Shown piece by piece: positions 28,824 through 39,053 of a stretch of 64,000 bases of DNA. The notes beneath the pieces are model-generated. The model was not told where the DNA came from, searched no databases, and saw nothing but the letters and a program-made list of their open reading frames with translations. The DNA is from an uncultured Verrucomicrobiae bacterium (GTDB lineage Bacteria; Chlamydiota; Chlamydiia; Chlamydiales; JAFEGQ01): the NCBI GenBank assembly GCA_963739345.1, contig CAVUAA010000002.1, positions 397,378 through 461,377 of the forward strand. The letters are read 5' to 3'. Position 1 is the first letter of the stretch; the number at the start of each line of letters is the position of its first letter. The translations under genes were made by a program, and so were the position numbers.

Positions 28824-29612
28824 CTATTCCTCTTGCTTAGGAAGTCGGTTACGCAGAGTCTGAACGGCACCCTTGTCCAGTTTGGCTAGTGCAGCTAAGA
28901 AGCACTCTACAGGAGCGTCATCTTCTTGGGTAATCGCGTAGCGCGTTTTTGCATACTCGCTATCCAGAATACTTAGGTCAGAGGAGTCTTTCTTGAGTTT
29001 AAAATAGACGGCCCAGGTGAAGGCTTCTTCGACCCCAGCGTGAATCTGGCAGCTGCAATTAAGATCGGCAGCCTCAGAATCACCCCCAGCCTCCGCAAGC
29101 TCGATGAGAATGTCATCGATGCAGGGAAGTTTGAGGCTGGTCAGTTCACTAGGTGGTGCCAATTTAAGGCAGTGGACGAGCGCCTCTTTCTTCCCTTCGA
29201 GGTAACTGATGACCTGTGGGAGATTTACAAGCGCGTGCTCGCTATACGTGGATAAGATGTTGAGCTTCTTAATAGCGTTTGTGTCCTTGAGTTGGTCTTG
29301 AATATCCTTAACTAGCTGGATGAATCGGTTGGGGACTTTAGCTGCAATGGCTTTGATGTCCCTGTCCCTGTCCCTGTCCCTGTCGGATGTCGCTTTTAGG
29401 GAGCCTTCCGACTGTAGGGCGGGACTTGAGGTGTGGGCTAGGGCGAGGCCCAGTAGTGCAGTGGAGATGCTGGCGGTGGCCGGCCAGCGCCAGGAGAGGG
29501 TGTCGGGGCGAGTCGATTTGAGGGCGACGAGGGCTAGGGTGGTCAGTGCAGAAACTGTGTAGATGTATTTTAGGTAAGTGTGATTTTTAATACTGATGAT
29601 AGTCACTGACAT
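28824..29612 (-). CDS. Hypothetical protein with N-terminal bilobed hydrophobic domain (Inc-like)
   Basis: Two adjacent hydrophobic segments at aa ~15-62; RD repeat from (TGTCCC)n. Confidence 0.65.
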   Translation of the reverse strand: MSVTIISIKNHTYLKYIYTVSALTTLALVALKSTRPDTLSWRWPATASISTALLGLALAHTSSPALQSEGSLKATSDRDRDRDRDIKAIAAKVPNRFIQLVKDIQDQLKDTNAIKKLNILSTYSEHALVNLPQVISYLEGKKEALVHCLKLAPPSELTSLKLPCIDDILIELAEAGGDSEAADLNCSCQIHAGVEEAFTWAVYFKLKKDSSDLSILDSEYAKTRYAITQEDDAPVECFLAALAKLDKGAVQTLRNRLPKQEE

Positions 29613-29664
29613 TCTAAACTCTCCAATTTTGTGGCGCGTAGTTTAGGAGAGCGGGTAGTAGAAG

Positions 29665-30558
29665 TCAATTGGGGGATTTGATCAGGAGGTCGGCGTTGTA
29701 GCTGGAGCGGACGAAGGGGCCGCAGTACATGTTGGGGATGCCAATGGAATGGCCGTAGGCTTCGTAGGACTTGAACTGGTCGGGAGTGACGAAGGTCTTG
29801 ACGAGGAGTTTTTTCTGATTTGGCTGAAGGTATTGGCCCATGGTGACAATATTGACACCAACATTTTTGAGGTCGCGGAGCGATTCTTGTACTTGTTCCT
29901 CGGTTTCGCCGAGGCCCACCATGAGGCCCGATTTGAGGAAGGGGGTTTTGCCAGCAGCATGTTTGAGGAGGGCGAGGGAGCGGTCGTAGGTGGCCTTGTG
30001 GCGGACGCGGGGAGTGAGGGCGCGGACGGTCTCGAGGTTGTGGTTGAAGACGGTGGGGTTTTCGGCGAGGACGGTGTCGAGGGCGGCGGTGTCACCGTTG
30101 AAGTCGAAGGTGAGCAGTTCGATGGTGGTGCCGGGGCAGTCAGCTTTGATCTGACGCTGGATGGCGGCGAGGTGGGCAGCTCCGCCGTCAGGCTGGTCGT
30201 CGCGGGCGACCATGGTGATGACGACGTGTTTGAGGCCCAGTTTTTTGACCGAGTCGGCGACACGGCGGGGTTCGTCGAGCTCGAGCGGTTTGGGGGCTTT
30301 TGAGAAGTCGATGTCGCAGAAGCCGCAGGCGCGGGTGCACTCCTTGCCCATGACGAGGAAGGTGGCGGTGCCGCGCGACCAGCAGTCGGTGAGGTTGGGG
30401 CAGCGGGCCTCTTCGCAGACGGTGTGGAGGCGGTTCTCTTTGACGGCGTCGCGGGTCTTCCAGAGGTCGCCCCCTTTGGGAAGCGGGCGGTGGAGCCACA
30501 TGGGGAAACGCCCTTTGGCTTCTTTATCGGGGTTCTCGGGGAGTTTGTTGGGCTTCAT
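29665..30558 (-). CDS. lipA: Lipoyl synthase
   Basis: CEEARCPNLTDC, CTRACGFC, RSSY motifs. Confidence 0.97.
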   Translation of the reverse strand: MKPNKLPENPDKEAKGRFPMWLHRPLPKGGDLWKTRDAVKENRLHTVCEEARCPNLTDCWSRGTATFLVMGKECTRACGFCDIDFSKAPKPLELDEPRRVADSVKKLGLKHVVITMVARDDQPDGGAAHLAAIQRQIKADCPGTTIELLTFDFNGDTAALDTVLAENPTVFNHNLETVRALTPRVRHKATYDRSLALLKHAAGKTPFLKSGLMVGLGETEEQVQESLRDLKNVGVNIVTMGQYLQPNQKKLLVKTFVTPDQFKSYEAYGHSIGIPNMYCGPFVRSSYNADLLIKSPN

Positions 30559-31961
30559 TTCTTTGCTTTTGGGAAGGGGAGGTGGATGGGACGGCCGGCG
30601 GCCATGAGAGTGGCTTCCAACCACGCTTCGGATGAAGTTGGGTGGGCGTGGATGGTCTCTGCAATGCACTCGACGGTGAGCTCGTTGGCGACAGCTTCTG
30701 TCATCTGCGCAATTAGAGAGCCTGCTTCGTGTGCGACTGCTTGCGCGCCGAGGATGGCACCGGTTTTTTTGTCGATCACCACCTGCGCAAATCCTTCGGT
30801 CTCGTTCTCAGCAAGGTTGCGGCCGAGGACGGAGAAGGGGAAGCGGCCGACGCTGGCGTCGTAGCCGGCCTCTTGTGCTTGGGCGAGCGTGAGGCCGACG
30901 TTGCCCGACTCGGGGTGGGTGTAGACGATGGAGGGGACGGCGTTGTAGTGCATCTCTGCAGATCCGCCAAGCGCGTTGTCTGCGGCGACGAGCCCCTGAT
31001 GGGAGGCGACGTGGGCGAGTAGGTACTTGCCGGTGATGTCGCCAATGGCGTAGATGCCGGGGACGGAGGTCTGCATCTTGTCGTTCACAGCGATGTAGCC
31101 CATCCGGTCGACCCCAATGCCCACCTTGTCGAGGCCAAGGTCAGAGGTGTTCATGGTGCGGCCAATGGCAACGAGTGCTGTGTCGGCGACGATCGGTTCC
31201 CGATCCTTGACGCGGACAGTGACGCCGTTGCCGCTCTTGTCGATTCCTTCAACCATCACACCAGTGAGAATCTCGATCCCTTGAGATTTGAGTGATTGGG
31301 TGAGTGCTTTAGCGTTGTCGGGTGGCTCGGTTGAGAGGATGGTGGGCAACATCTCTAGAATGGTCACTCTCACACCCAGTTCTGCATAGAGACAGGCCGA
31401 TTCGCACCCAATTACCCCGCCGCCAATCACCGCGAGCGATTTGGGAAGTTCACGCAACTCCAGAATAGAGGTCGACGAATGGACGTGAGGTGGATCGAAG
31501 GGGAAAGCACTTACGTTTTTCGGCTCAGAGCCGGTTGCTAAGATGATTTTTTCCGCGCGGAGGATGGCTGGCTTATCGCCGAGCACCTTCACTTCATTGG
31601 GGCCATTGAGTTTGCCCCAGCCGCGCACAATTGTAATTCCGTCAGCCTTGATCAAGCCTTCGAGGCTGTTCCGGATGCCGGTCACCACCCCGTCTTTGCG
31701 GTCGGTCATTTTGGAGAAGTCGATCTCCATCTGGCCCACTTTTACGCCAAACTCTTCGGCATGGCGGATCTTTTTCACCACCGCCGCACCGGCCAACAGC
31801 GTTTTGGTTGGAATACAGCCAAAGTTGAGGCACGACCCTCCCATCAGCTTCGCTTCGACCAGCGCTACATTGGCGCCCTGTTGTGCTGCGCGGATGGCCG
31901 CGACATAGCCGCCCGGACCGCCACCGATAACAATGAGATCAAACTGTTGATAGTCGGTCAT
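30555..31961 (-). CDS. lpdA: Dihydrolipoyl dehydrogenase
   Basis: GGGPGGY, CLNFGCIPTK, HAHPTSSE motifs. Confidence 0.96.
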   Translation of the reverse strand: MTDYQQFDLIVIGGGPGGYVAAIRAAQQGANVALVEAKLMGGSCLNFGCIPTKTLLAGAAVVKKIRHAEEFGVKVGQMEIDFSKMTDRKDGVVTGIRNSLEGLIKADGITIVRGWGKLNGPNEVKVLGDKPAILRAEKIILATGSEPKNVSAFPFDPPHVHSSTSILELRELPKSLAVIGGGVIGCESACLYAELGVRVTILEMLPTILSTEPPDNAKALTQSLKSQGIEILTGVMVEGIDKSGNGVTVRVKDREPIVADTALVAIGRTMNTSDLGLDKVGIGVDRMGYIAVNDKMQTSVPGIYAIGDITGKYLLAHVASHQGLVAADNALGGSAEMHYNAVPSIVYTHPESGNVGLTLAQAQEAGYDASVGRFPFSVLGRNLAENETEGFAQVVIDKKTGAILGAQAVAHEAGSLIAQMTEAVANELTVECIAETIHAHPTSSEAWLEATLMAAGRPIHLPFPKAKK

Positions 31962-32083
31962 AACAATCACCTTGGTTCGAACGCCATTGATAGCACCGAT
32001 GTGCTTAAATTGGAAGACGTTCGCTTGCATGCAAATGCCATCTCACGCATAACTACGGAGGAACCAATTGTTTGGGGGCTCCA

Positions 32084-32587
32084 ATGACTAATGCAAAGAA
32101 CCGGAAATTATGTTGGAACTGTGACGGAAGCGTCCACATTCATGCCACCAAGTGTCCTTATTGCGGCACTGAGCTAGTGGCTGAAGAGACGCCGCCCACC
32201 TACAACACCACCTACCAACAACCCGAGCCTCCTCCCCAACCGCAGCAAGTTTCGCAAGAGCCCCCTCCACCCCCTTATGTGCAGCGGGTCCAGCCTCAAA
32301 ACTACTCCCTTCCTCAACAATCCTCATGGCAGGAGCAACTGCCGCAAGAAGAGCCCAAACAGGAACAAACGGCTTCCCGCACCTCAGGTGGCGGTGCCGG
32401 CCCTCTCCTTATGCTTCTCCCTGGAGCCTTCTTCTTTCTCTTTGCGATGCTCCTCCTCCTCTTTTCAGATGACGGCCTCCTCACCCTCTCGTGGAAGGCC
32501 AAGCACTGGTATGTCTACCTTCTTGTCGCCTGCCCCATGCTATACATCGGCTGGCGTTCACTCAACCGCGTCACCGAGACGGCCTGA
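32084..32587 (+). CDS. Zinc-ribbon membrane protein (CT556-like)
   Basis: CWNC..CPYC, Pro/Gln linker, two C-terminal TMs; divergent from lpdA. Confidence 0.75.
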   Translation: MTNAKNRKLCWNCDGSVHIHATKCPYCGTELVAEETPPTYNTTYQQPEPPPQPQQVSQEPPPPPYVQRVQPQNYSLPQQSSWQEQLPQEEPKQEQTASRTSGGGAGPLLMLLPGAFFFLFAMLLLLFSDDGLLTLSWKAKHWYVYLLVACPMLYIGWRSLNRVTETA

Positions 32588-32649
32588 TCTTTTGGCGCAG
32601 GACTAAGCGCTCGGCTAACGGCAGCCATTTCGGCTAGCCGCCCGCCCCG

Positions 32650-32812
32650 GACCCAGATTGCCGCCTCTCGTCCCCCTATGACATCTGCTTTTGGCCTACG
32701 GTCGCCTCGCTCCTCAGACATGGCCAAAATGGTGGCCACGCCATTCGTTGCGATGCTTTATATCGCACAAAATCAGACGCCATAGTGGAACGATTAGGTA
32801 GCAAACCGGGTC
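32650..32812. mobile_element. MITE-like element (163 bp)
   Basis: GACCCAGATTGCCGCCT...AGGTAGCAAACCGGGTC ends; colinear with the 57793 copy. Confidence 0.85.
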
Positions 32813-32875
32813 TCCGCGCTACGCCCTGCGATGCAAACATCTCTAGGTCCTATTCCGCGATTTGGCTGCTTTCGG

Positions 32876-32916
32876 AAATTGTCACAATTCGGGACTGTCC
32901 CAGAATGTGACAATTT
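32876..32916. repeat. Palindrome with GGGACTGTCCC core
   Basis: AAATTGTCACAATTC-GGGACTGTCCC-AGAATGTGACAATTT. Confidence 0.75.
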
Positions 32917-32924
32917 AGCGGAAG

Positions 32925-32957
32925 AAGAGCCGCTCGGGATAAGCCGAGCGGCTCTTT
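32925..32957. terminator. GC-rich hairpin, probable terminator
   Basis: AAGAGCCGCTCGG-GATAAG-CCGAGCGGCTCTTT. Confidence 0.6.
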
Positions 32958-33961
32958 GTCTTGACGATAGGCGGTTGCTCTTAAGCTTTGATTGAACCTT
33001 GGAGGAGCTGCGAATTAGCCGCTCAGCGTAGAGGTTGACTGCTCTGAGCTTGGCCGTGTATTGCCTAGCACGTAGAAGCGTCTGGTTCTCTTCAGAGTTC
33101 CAGTCGGCAGCGTAGCCAGCTTCCATTTCTACAATACCGGGCTGTAGGCTGCGTCGCAAGCGAATGAGTAGACCAAGTGCCGTCAGACTTCAAAGGCTCA
33201 CGAGCCTCTTTGTCGAGTCCCTCAATGAACGTCACGCACCTCATGCAGGAGTGCGGAGGACAACGGCTTTGCGTCGTCAGTAGACGTACTCCTTTAGCGA
33301 GATGTCAGCGCGGATAAGCTTATTTTCGCGCATTGCGATTGTCATTGCGCTTTCTAGGCCTCTGGAAGACCCTTACAGTAGTTTTCTTTATGAGCTTTTT
33401 CTGGTGTCATGAGACTGTATGAGACCATTTACCATCTTTCGAACCAGCCGTTCTCATACTGCATTGTAGCGGCGAGGTCTTCTAGTTGATGCTTGTGATG
33501 ACTGTCTTTCAAGTTTGTCTGCATCTAGTCGCTCCTTCTCATTGGTTGATGAAGGCGGTGCGCGCTTGCAGCATTTGATTCGCGATTCGTCTAGCTTGTA
33601 GCTTCGTGAGGACGAGTGACTTGAAGAACAAGGTGACAGGGGCACTCGGGATCGAAAAGCTGTGCGGGACGGCATGGCGTTAGCTGTAACGTGGCGCGCT
33701 GCGCACGATAGAGGGGGAACGGGAAGAGGGCGCCGCTGTGCCGAATAAGCAGCTGAGAGCCGCAGGGAACAAAGTCGGTGCGGTTTTGGGTGTGAAACAC
33801 ATTGTTAGCGTCGCATCCGGCCCATGAGCGGAGTCGGTTAAATACTGGTGAAGCTTTAGGAGAAGGAAACCATGGGATTCTCCTGCTTGGTTGTGCGGTC
33901 GTCCGCTTAATGGGATGACAACATGATCCTCTAAGGATCTTTATTTTACAACGAAATTTTT

Positions 33962-36796
33962 TTAAGGGTGAGTGGCAGGATTGCCGCAGCAATGCTTGAA
34001 CTTCTTGCCGCTACCACAGGGGCACGGCTCGTTGCGGCCGGTGGTGGGAGGGAGAGAAATGGGGGGAGAGGGTTTGGTGTCTAGCGCCTTTTGGACGCGG
34101 GACGATTGGACGCGAGAGGATTGGTCTTCGGGGGAGAGGGAGCGCTCGGTCTCCATCTGCATGCGGCCAAGGAGCGCCTGGAGGTAGCCGGAGGTGGGGG
34201 AGACGATCTGGAAACGGAAGAGGTCAGAGGCGATTTTTTCGCGGAGGGTGTCGCCAAGGGCGGAGAAGAGTTTGAACGCTTCGCTCTTGAACTCCTGGAG
34301 AGGATCTTTCTGGCCGACGGTTTGCATGCTGACGTCGGAGCGGAGGTGGTCCATGGAGAGGAGGTGCTGCTGCCAGAGGGTGTCGATGGAGCGGGTCATG
34401 AGAGAGCGGACAGCTTCGGCGGCGATTTCGGGGGTTTCGGCCTCGGTGGCGATTTTCTGGTCAAAGGCTTTGAGGACGCTCTCTTCGTCGGCTTCGGTGG
34501 AGGTGTGAGCGATGATCTCGCGGGCGATCTCGAGGACGTCGTCGGCGCGGAGGATCTCGTTGCGGAAGGAGTAGACTTCCTTGCGCTGCGTATTCATCAC
34601 ATCATCGTATTCAAGGGTGTGCTTGCGGATGGTGTAGTTGCGTCCCTCAACGCGTTTTTGGGCGGTTTCGATGGAGCGGTTGAGGATGCCGGCGGAGATG
34701 GGCTCGCCTTCGGGCGGCCGTAGGCGCTTGAGGAGAGCATTGAGACGGGGGGAGGCGAAAAGGCGCATGAGCTGATCTTCAAAGGAGATGAAGAAGAGGG
34801 AGGAGCCGGGGTCGCCTTGGCGGGCGCAGCGGCCGCGCAGCTGACGGTCGATACGGCGGGATTGGTGGCGGGAGGCGCCGATGACGGCGAGGCCTCCTTG
34901 GTCGGCAAGGCCGGCGCCTAGCTTAATATCGGTGCCGCGGCCAGCCATGTTGGTGGCGATGGTGATCGCTCCCTTTTGGCCGGCTTGAGCGATGATCTCA
35001 GCTTCGCTGTCGTGGTGCTTGGCGTTGAGGACGGTGTGAGGGAGGCGGGCGCCGCGGAGGATGCGGGAGAGTTTTTCGGAAACTTCGACCGATTCGGTGC
35101 CGAGGAGGATGGGGCGCCCTTCGTTGTGAATCTTGGACACTTCTGTGAGTAGAGCGTTGTATTTCTCCCGCTCGGTCATGTAGACGAGGTCGTTGTGGTC
35201 TTTGCGGACGCAGGGACGGTGAGTGGGGATCTCGAGGACGTCGAGCTTGTAGATCTCCTTGAACTCGTGCGCCTCGGTCATGGCAGTTCCGGTCATCCCT
35301 GAGAGCTTGTCGTACATGCGGAAGTAGTTCTGGAGGGTGACGGTGGCGTAGGTTTGGGTCTCCTGCTGGATGTCGGCTCCCTCCTTGGCTTCGATCGCCT
35401 GGTGGAGGCCGTCGGCAAAGCGGCGGCCCGCTTGGGCGCGGCCGGTGTTCTCGTCGATGATAACGATCTTGTTGTCGACGACGATGTAGTCGACATCCTT
35501 TTCCATGAGTAGGTGGGCGCGGAGGAGCTGGCGGAGGTTGTGGGAGCGCTCTTTGCGGGTGGCATCCTCTTCACGGATGGCCACTTTCTTCTCGATCTTC
35601 TCCTCTTCGGAGAGGGAGGGATCGGTTTCGACCTCGTGGTAGGCGTGGCCGAGGTCGAGCATGATGAAGTCGTCGGGTGAGCCGCCGGCGTAGTCGACCC
35701 AGGCGCTGATGCCTCGGTCGGTCAGCTCGTGCATGCTCCCTTTCTCATCGACGATGACAAGGAGTTCGGAGAGCTCTTGCGCTTTCTCTTTTTTGTTGGA
35801 GTCGCCGTGAAAAAAGGTGTCGACGTTGTCGAGCTGTGCGCGAAGGACGGGATTCTCGCGGACCCGCTTGAGCACTTTGTTGCGGGGCATCCCCTTAGAG
35901 ACGCGCCACAGCTTGCGAAGGGCGAGCTGTTGATCTTTGTCGAGCTTTTCACCCGCCCCTTCAAGAGTCTTGCGCACTTCTGTGGCCCAGCGGGTGCAGA
36001 GGTCTCGCTGTCTGCGGACGAGGGTGTCAACGCCCCCTTTCAACTCTTTGTACATCTGACGGCTGTCTGGGACGGGGCCGGAGATGATGAGAGGAGTACG
36101 CGCTTCGTCGACGAGGATGGAGTCGATCTCATCGACGATGGAAAAGTAGTGTCCGCGCTGCACTTGGCTGTCGGCGCGGGAGGCGACCGAGTTGTCGCGG
36201 AGGTAGTCGAAGCCAAACTCGGAGGCGGTGCCGTAGACGACGTCCGCGTTGTAGATCTCTTTTCGCTCGGTAGGTGGCGTACCGTTGATAAGAGCGCCGG
36301 TGGTGAGGCCGAGCCAGCGGAGGACGCTTCCCACCCACTGGCAGTCGCGGGTGGCGAGGTAGTCGTTGACGGTGACGAGATGAACGGGCTTGCCGGTGAG
36401 GGCATTTAGGTAGAGGGGGAGGGTGGCGGTGAGGGTCTTTCCCTCGCCAGTCATCATCTCAGCAATGTTCCCCTGGTGCATGGCGATGCCGCCCAAAATC
36501 TGCACGTCGTAGGGGATCATGTCCCACTGCTGGTCGTAGCCGGAGACGTGGACGGCGGTGCCACACATCCGACGGCACACCTGCTTGACCACTCCATAGG
36601 CTTCTGGAAGGAGGGCGTCTAGGCTCTCTCCTTCAGAAAAACGTTTCTTGAATTCAGCCGTCTTGCCACGCAGCTCATCATCGGAGAGCGATTGAAATTT
36701 TTCATCCCACCCATTGACCTGAGCGACGATCGACCGAAACCGCTTCACCTGACGCTCTTGCGCAGTGCCAAAGATTTTTTTCAGAAAACCTAACAT
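33962..36796 (-). CDS. secA: Preprotein translocase SecA
   Basis: MMTGEGKT, IVDEIDS, NMAGRGTD, C-terminal GRNEPCPCGSGKKFKHCC. Confidence 0.98.
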   Translation of the reverse strand: MLGFLKKIFGTAQERQVKRFRSIVAQVNGWDEKFQSLSDDELRGKTAEFKKRFSEGESLDALLPEAYGVVKQVCRRMCGTAVHVSGYDQQWDMIPYDVQILGGIAMHQGNIAEMMTGEGKTLTATLPLYLNALTGKPVHLVTVNDYLATRDCQWVGSVLRWLGLTTGALINGTPPTERKEIYNADVVYGTASEFGFDYLRDNSVASRADSQVQRGHYFSIVDEIDSILVDEARTPLIISGPVPDSRQMYKELKGGVDTLVRRQRDLCTRWATEVRKTLEGAGEKLDKDQQLALRKLWRVSKGMPRNKVLKRVRENPVLRAQLDNVDTFFHGDSNKKEKAQELSELLVIVDEKGSMHELTDRGISAWVDYAGGSPDDFIMLDLGHAYHEVETDPSLSEEEKIEKKVAIREEDATRKERSHNLRQLLRAHLLMEKDVDYIVVDNKIVIIDENTGRAQAGRRFADGLHQAIEAKEGADIQQETQTYATVTLQNYFRMYDKLSGMTGTAMTEAHEFKEIYKLDVLEIPTHRPCVRKDHNDLVYMTEREKYNALLTEVSKIHNEGRPILLGTESVEVSEKLSRILRGARLPHTVLNAKHHDSEAEIIAQAGQKGAITIATNMAGRGTDIKLGAGLADQGGLAVIGASRHQSRRIDRQLRGRCARQGDPGSSLFFISFEDQLMRLFASPRLNALLKRLRPPEGEPISAGILNRSIETAQKRVEGRNYTIRKHTLEYDDVMNTQRKEVYSFRNEILRADDVLEIAREIIAHTSTEADEESVLKAFDQKIATEAETPEIAAEAVRSLMTRSIDTLWQQHLLSMDHLRSDVSMQTVGQKDPLQEFKSEAFKLFSALGDTLREKIASDLFRFQIVSPTSGYLQALLGRMQMETERSLSPEDQSSRVQSSRVQKALDTKPSPPISLPPTTGRNEPCPCGSGKKFKHCCGNPATHP

Positions 36797-36824
36797 CGCT
36801 TAAGTATAGAGGAGATGCGATCTT

Positions 36825-38135
36825 CTACGCAACAAGGGCTCTTGCAACAAGATTTTCATCAAGCGGAACGCCTTTCCTGAGGGCTCGCATCGCCCGCTGG
36901 CGGCGGAGCTGCGCGTCGCGGCTCTGCTCCTGGCGGGAGAGCCCCTCTTGGATGTCGTGCGCCTCAGTGAAGTTGCCAGCACGGGCCTGGCAGGCAGAGA
37001 GCACTTCCCAAGCGGAGAGATCAGACAAAATTTCGAGGCTTTTTTGAGCGACTTGCAAGCCGATGGCCGGATTGAGATTGACGGTGAGGCCGACGCCAAA
37101 GAGCCATGCCAGTCCGCGGTAGCCGGCGACATGTTTGGGGTAGCGTTTGGTGAGGCGCATATAGATCGCCTGCGCCTCTTCCCACTTTGCCTGCCGCTCC
37201 AGCGAGTAGGCCAAGAAGGCGAGCACCTGCTCCGACGTTCCTCCCCGAGAAATGGTCTCGCGCAAGTAGAGCTCGGCAAAATCAAATCGCTCGGTGTGGA
37301 CGGCGCAGAAGCCTGCTTGGCGGAAGAGGCGGACGTCGCCCATCTCCCACGCCTCGCCCCGCTGATAGACCATCAACGCCTTTGCAAACTGGCCGCGCGC
37401 TTCCAAACAGGCGCCAAGGGAGAGGGTGATGGAGACGTTGCGCGAATCCTTGCGCAAGATTTCGGTGAAGCAGCGTTCGGCTTCGGTAAAACGGTGGAGG
37501 CGGCGGAGACAGTGGCCCCGTCTGGCGAGCACCTGCGTGTTGTTGTGTTCGGCCCGGCCGGCCTCTTCATAGAGACGGAGAGCCTCGTCAAACTGTCCGC
37601 GGGAGAAGCGGCAGTCGCCGGCAAGTGCAAGTAGCTGCCCGTTGCGCGAGTCGTGGACGTGGGGGAGGAGCACTTCCCACGCCTCTGCAATCTTTCCCGT
37701 TCTATAAAAGGCGGTGGCGAGATCGTAGAAATCTTCCTCGTCGCGTAAAATCGGTCGGCACTTTTGGAAGGTGACGAGCGCCTCTTCGGGGCGATCGATG
37801 GCGAGGAGGATCTTGGCCCGCTCACGCAATAGCAAAAGTGATGCTCTGTCGCGGCGGGTTGCCCCGTCGATTGCAGTCATCGCCTCTTGCCAACGTTTGG
37901 TCTGGCGGAGCAATTGAACGTAGAGAGTGGCGATCGCTTCGTCGCTAGGCTCTCGCTTGTACATCTTCTTTAGAAGCTTCTCAGCGGCGCTCCATTGACC
38001 CAGAGAGAGGTGTTCGGAGGCTCTTCTGGTTAGTCGCCGCTTCATGTCTCCTGAGAGTGTGCGACTCTTACGCCACTCCACTAAAGTGAGCAGGGCAAGA
38101 AGGAGGAGAACAGCGGCAAGGCTAAGGTAGAGCAT
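36825..38135 (-). CDS. TPR-repeat protein with N-terminal membrane anchor
   Basis: N-terminal TM followed by repeated TPR-like helices. Confidence 0.8.
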   Translation of the reverse strand: MLYLSLAAVLLLLALLTLVEWRKSRTLSGDMKRRLTRRASEHLSLGQWSAAEKLLKKMYKREPSDEAIATLYVQLLRQTKRWQEAMTAIDGATRRDRASLLLLRERAKILLAIDRPEEALVTFQKCRPILRDEEDFYDLATAFYRTGKIAEAWEVLLPHVHDSRNGQLLALAGDCRFSRGQFDEALRLYEEAGRAEHNNTQVLARRGHCLRRLHRFTEAERCFTEILRKDSRNVSITLSLGACLEARGQFAKALMVYQRGEAWEMGDVRLFRQAGFCAVHTERFDFAELYLRETISRGGTSEQVLAFLAYSLERQAKWEEAQAIYMRLTKRYPKHVAGYRGLAWLFGVGLTVNLNPAIGLQVAQKSLEILSDLSAWEVLSACQARAGNFTEAHDIQEGLSRQEQSRDAQLRRQRAMRALRKGVPLDENLVARALVA

Positions 38136-38163
38136 GCCTTAGTTCATAACACAAAAGAGTTTT

Positions 38164-39018
38164 CTAGTGGGAAGATAAATTTTGTCCCATAGAACAAAAA
38201 ACTTCTAGACCGTTTCGTGAGAGGGCGACCAGATCATCAGCGAACACAATTTTTCCTGCTTCAAACAGAAGAAGGATCGCAGAACCGCCGAACTCAAAGT
38301 AGCCCTTTTCATCACCTTTTTTAACCGATCCGCCGCCCGTTTGAATGATGCTTCCGACGTTGGTGGCGCCCACCTCAATCATGGTCACTTGTCCCACATT
38401 TTCAGTTTCGATCACCGTGATCATCTGCTTGTTTTTTCCAAGCACGTGAATGTCGTGATCGAGCGCCACCGGATTGACGGAGGCGAGTGTTCCATCGACC
38501 AGTGTCGCGCCGCCCGCCACCCCATCGACGGGGAAGTGGAAGCGGTGGTAGTCGGTGGGGCAGAGGCGGGCGAGCATCATCGCCCCTCCGTCGTATTTTT
38601 CAGCGAGAAAGAACTTCTCCCCTTTGACCAAGAAGGTGTCGGATGCGTCGATCTTGGGCCAGAAGCGGTAGCGGCCATCTGCTGGGCAGACGGCGGCCGC
38701 TTCCCCAATTGGGCGGGTTTTAGTTTTTAACTTTCGAATAAAAAAATCGTTGAATGATTTGAACTGGGCGGGAGCGAACTCACTGGCGTCGACGCCAAAG
38801 GTCTCAATAAAAGGTTGCACCTTTTTGGCGCTCGATGGCCTTTTCTGCAGCCAGCCGTAGAGGCGGGAGAGCCATCGCCACCTGGAGAAGATCCAGCGGA
38901 GCGGCCGGCCAAAGGGGGAAGTATACATGAGAGCGAGCCCCCACTCACCGTAGATCTCTTCTTGGCGGGTCTCACCGCTCTCGCGATCAATGAAATGAAC
39001 AGGGGGCAGTTTGAACAT
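38164..39018 (-). CDS. psd: Phosphatidylserine decarboxylase
   Basis: FNDFFIRKL, RLCPTDYHRFH, FGGS motifs. Confidence 0.93.
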   Translation of the reverse strand: MFKLPPVHFIDRESGETRQEEIYGEWGLALMYTSPFGRPLRWIFSRWRWLSRLYGWLQKRPSSAKKVQPFIETFGVDASEFAPAQFKSFNDFFIRKLKTKTRPIGEAAAVCPADGRYRFWPKIDASDTFLVKGEKFFLAEKYDGGAMMLARLCPTDYHRFHFPVDGVAGGATLVDGTLASVNPVALDHDIHVLGKNKQMITVIETENVGQVTMIEVGATNVGSIIQTGGGSVKKGDEKGYFEFGGSAILLLFEAGKIVFADDLVALSRNGLEVFCSMGQNLSSH

Positions 39019-39053
39019 TGAAAACAAGATAGCTGAAGCTTAGAATTCTTCGC

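Noticed and set aside
33591-33992. 133-aa minus-strand ORF after secA
   Set aside because: Overlaps the secA end, atypical composition, no motif.
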